Origin: Dipteris shenzhenensis
Taxonomy: Eukaryota
Length of the DNA stretch: 64,000 bases
Assembly (NCBI GenBank): GCA_047967505.1
Contig: CM106538.1
Strand: one strand, 5' to 3'
A model generated the notes under the pieces. It was given only the letters and a program-made list of their open reading frames with translations. It was not told where the DNA came from and did no database searches. How positions within the stretch are numbered: position 1 is the stretch's first letter; each line of letters begins with the position of its first letter. The position numbers and the translations under genes were made by a program. Below, in pieces: positions 62,530 to 64,000 of the stretch.

Positions 62530-62947
62530 CCTCCATAGAAGTTGCAATCTCATCGGGTTGGCGCTTCTTGCCGCTCTTCGAAAGGAGCTGCAGGCGTTGC
62601 TGTTCCATCTCCTCGTCCTGTCGCTTCTTCTCGGCTCGGATTGCCGACTTGAACCCGTACTTTTCTCCAACAAGCAGATCGATGTGGTATCCCTCCAGCA
62701 TGGTCTTAATCACGTCTTCAATTTCTTGCTCTGTCATGTTCACGAGAGTACTGACGGTGAAACCCATTTCCATTACCTTTGCAATAGTGGTCAATCGCAC
62801 CCCATAGTCTTTGAAAAGGTCTTCCAGTGACTTCAACTGCTTGCAATTGGCCAAAGGGAAGGCAACGTCCATAGGCTGGACCTCCTTGCGAGGTAATAGC
62901 CTCCGTTCCCACCGGAACATGGCCCCGGGAAAGTTTTCCGGATCCAG
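62530..62947 (-). CDS. LFY: LEAFY/FLORICAULA exon 1 (SAM domain); start at CTG 62947 or ATG 62920
   Basis: (L)DPENFPGAMFRWE...LEDLFKDYGVR..TIAKVMEMGFTVSTLVNM..LLVGEKYG.KSAIRAE. Donor GTACAG at 62529, phase 1. Confidence 0.95.
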
Positions 62948-64000
62948 CTTGATGGTGGTGAGCAGCAACTTCAACGTACAAGAATTGCTGTGCTAAAAAA
63001 GACGAGACGCTCCACTCCGCAGATCAGCGTGTACAGTTGCACCAGTATCCCTGGAGTCCAAGCACCGGTTATCCTGGAAAAGCCGTAGCCCAAAGAAGAG
63101 AGCGATTTGGTATGTTGTGTCCAACAGATAAGAGCACCAATGTAGGGTAACTTCAGGAGGGATATCCTAAGTTAGGATAACGTCGTTATACCTTCTTCAA
63201 GGCCGTCTGGCATTGTAGACGCTAAAAGACGTGGCGCGAGTAACCATGAAGGGATGAATGGCCGTGCGGACAAGAAAACAAAAAATGGCAGTAATGATGA
63301 TATTTGCAAGCACGGGGCCCAAAAGAAGGTCGAGCACTCGCAAAGACGGGTTTCCACAAAGAGTCCAGGATGTGGAGAGAAATGCCAGAAAGCCCGTGGA
63401 TATGGTGCAAAGCAAGCAAGCGGGCACAATGGGGGTTCCGATGATGACACTGCAGAGAAGAAGCAGCAACGGTTCGACTGCTGCTACTACGAAAGAAGCA
63501 AGCTGATGCTGAAGACTGCTCCGAGCACTAGAAGACTTGGGCGTGACTTGCTGCGGAGCAAGAAATTAGCCAAGTAAAGAAGAAGCAACAATCTTTATGT
63601 CTGCAGCTAGCTAGCTAGCAAGCATGATTTTGAAGAACACAGACTGGGTGTTTGAGAACGACAACGATGATGATGATGAGGAGGAATGCTAGCTAGCTAA
63701 TAGAGCTGCAAGCTACCTGATGCTAAAGAAGAAGCAAGACGTCTGTGATGGGAAAGTGAACAAGGAGAGGTTTGATGTCCAGTGCCCTGTGGGATTGAGA
63801 AGGGTCTTCTGAATGATGATAAAAGGGGGATGACCCCTTTGAGGCTTCAGTAGTGCTTCAGAAAGGTGATGATCACAGTGATGATGATGTTAGGGGTGTT
63901 TGCAGCAGCAGCCATGAGGGCAGGGGAGAGACATTCCCTTTGGTGAATATATGAGGGGATCTGGGAAACAGCAGCAGCAGCAGCAGCAGCAGAAACTGCT

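Noticed and set aside
63137-63143. CCAATGT as a LFY autoregulatory site
   Set aside because: A short core expected by chance; the full 19-bp motif cannot be scored by eye.

Overview
Eukaryotic plant genomic DNA, most likely a leptosporangiate fern, judged from the LEAFY sequence signatures and the TE landscape. Two host genes face each other across about 51 kb. The last three coding exons of a DEG10-like Deg/HtrA protease are on + (7086-9546). A complete three-exon LEAFY/FLORICAULA gene is on - (62947/62920-60877). Most of the rest is nested, largely degenerate transposable elements: a Ty3/gypsy element in the DEG10 intron, several Ty1/copia elements, an L1 LINE, non-autonomous LTR elements and DNA-transposon remnants. 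Four observations stand out. (1) The conserved LFY start 'MDPE' is encoded CTG-GAT-CCG-GAA in a strong initiation context with no upstream in-frame ATG, which suggests CUG initiation. (2) A very young gag-only LTR retroelement has identical LTRs and a TSD. (3) An ORF1-only LINE derivative lies between (TC)n tracts and ends in a conserved 3' stem-loop. (4) A gypsy LTR is flanked by both a PPT and a PBS, next to a hairpin array. All calls are from reading by eye; no database searches were run.
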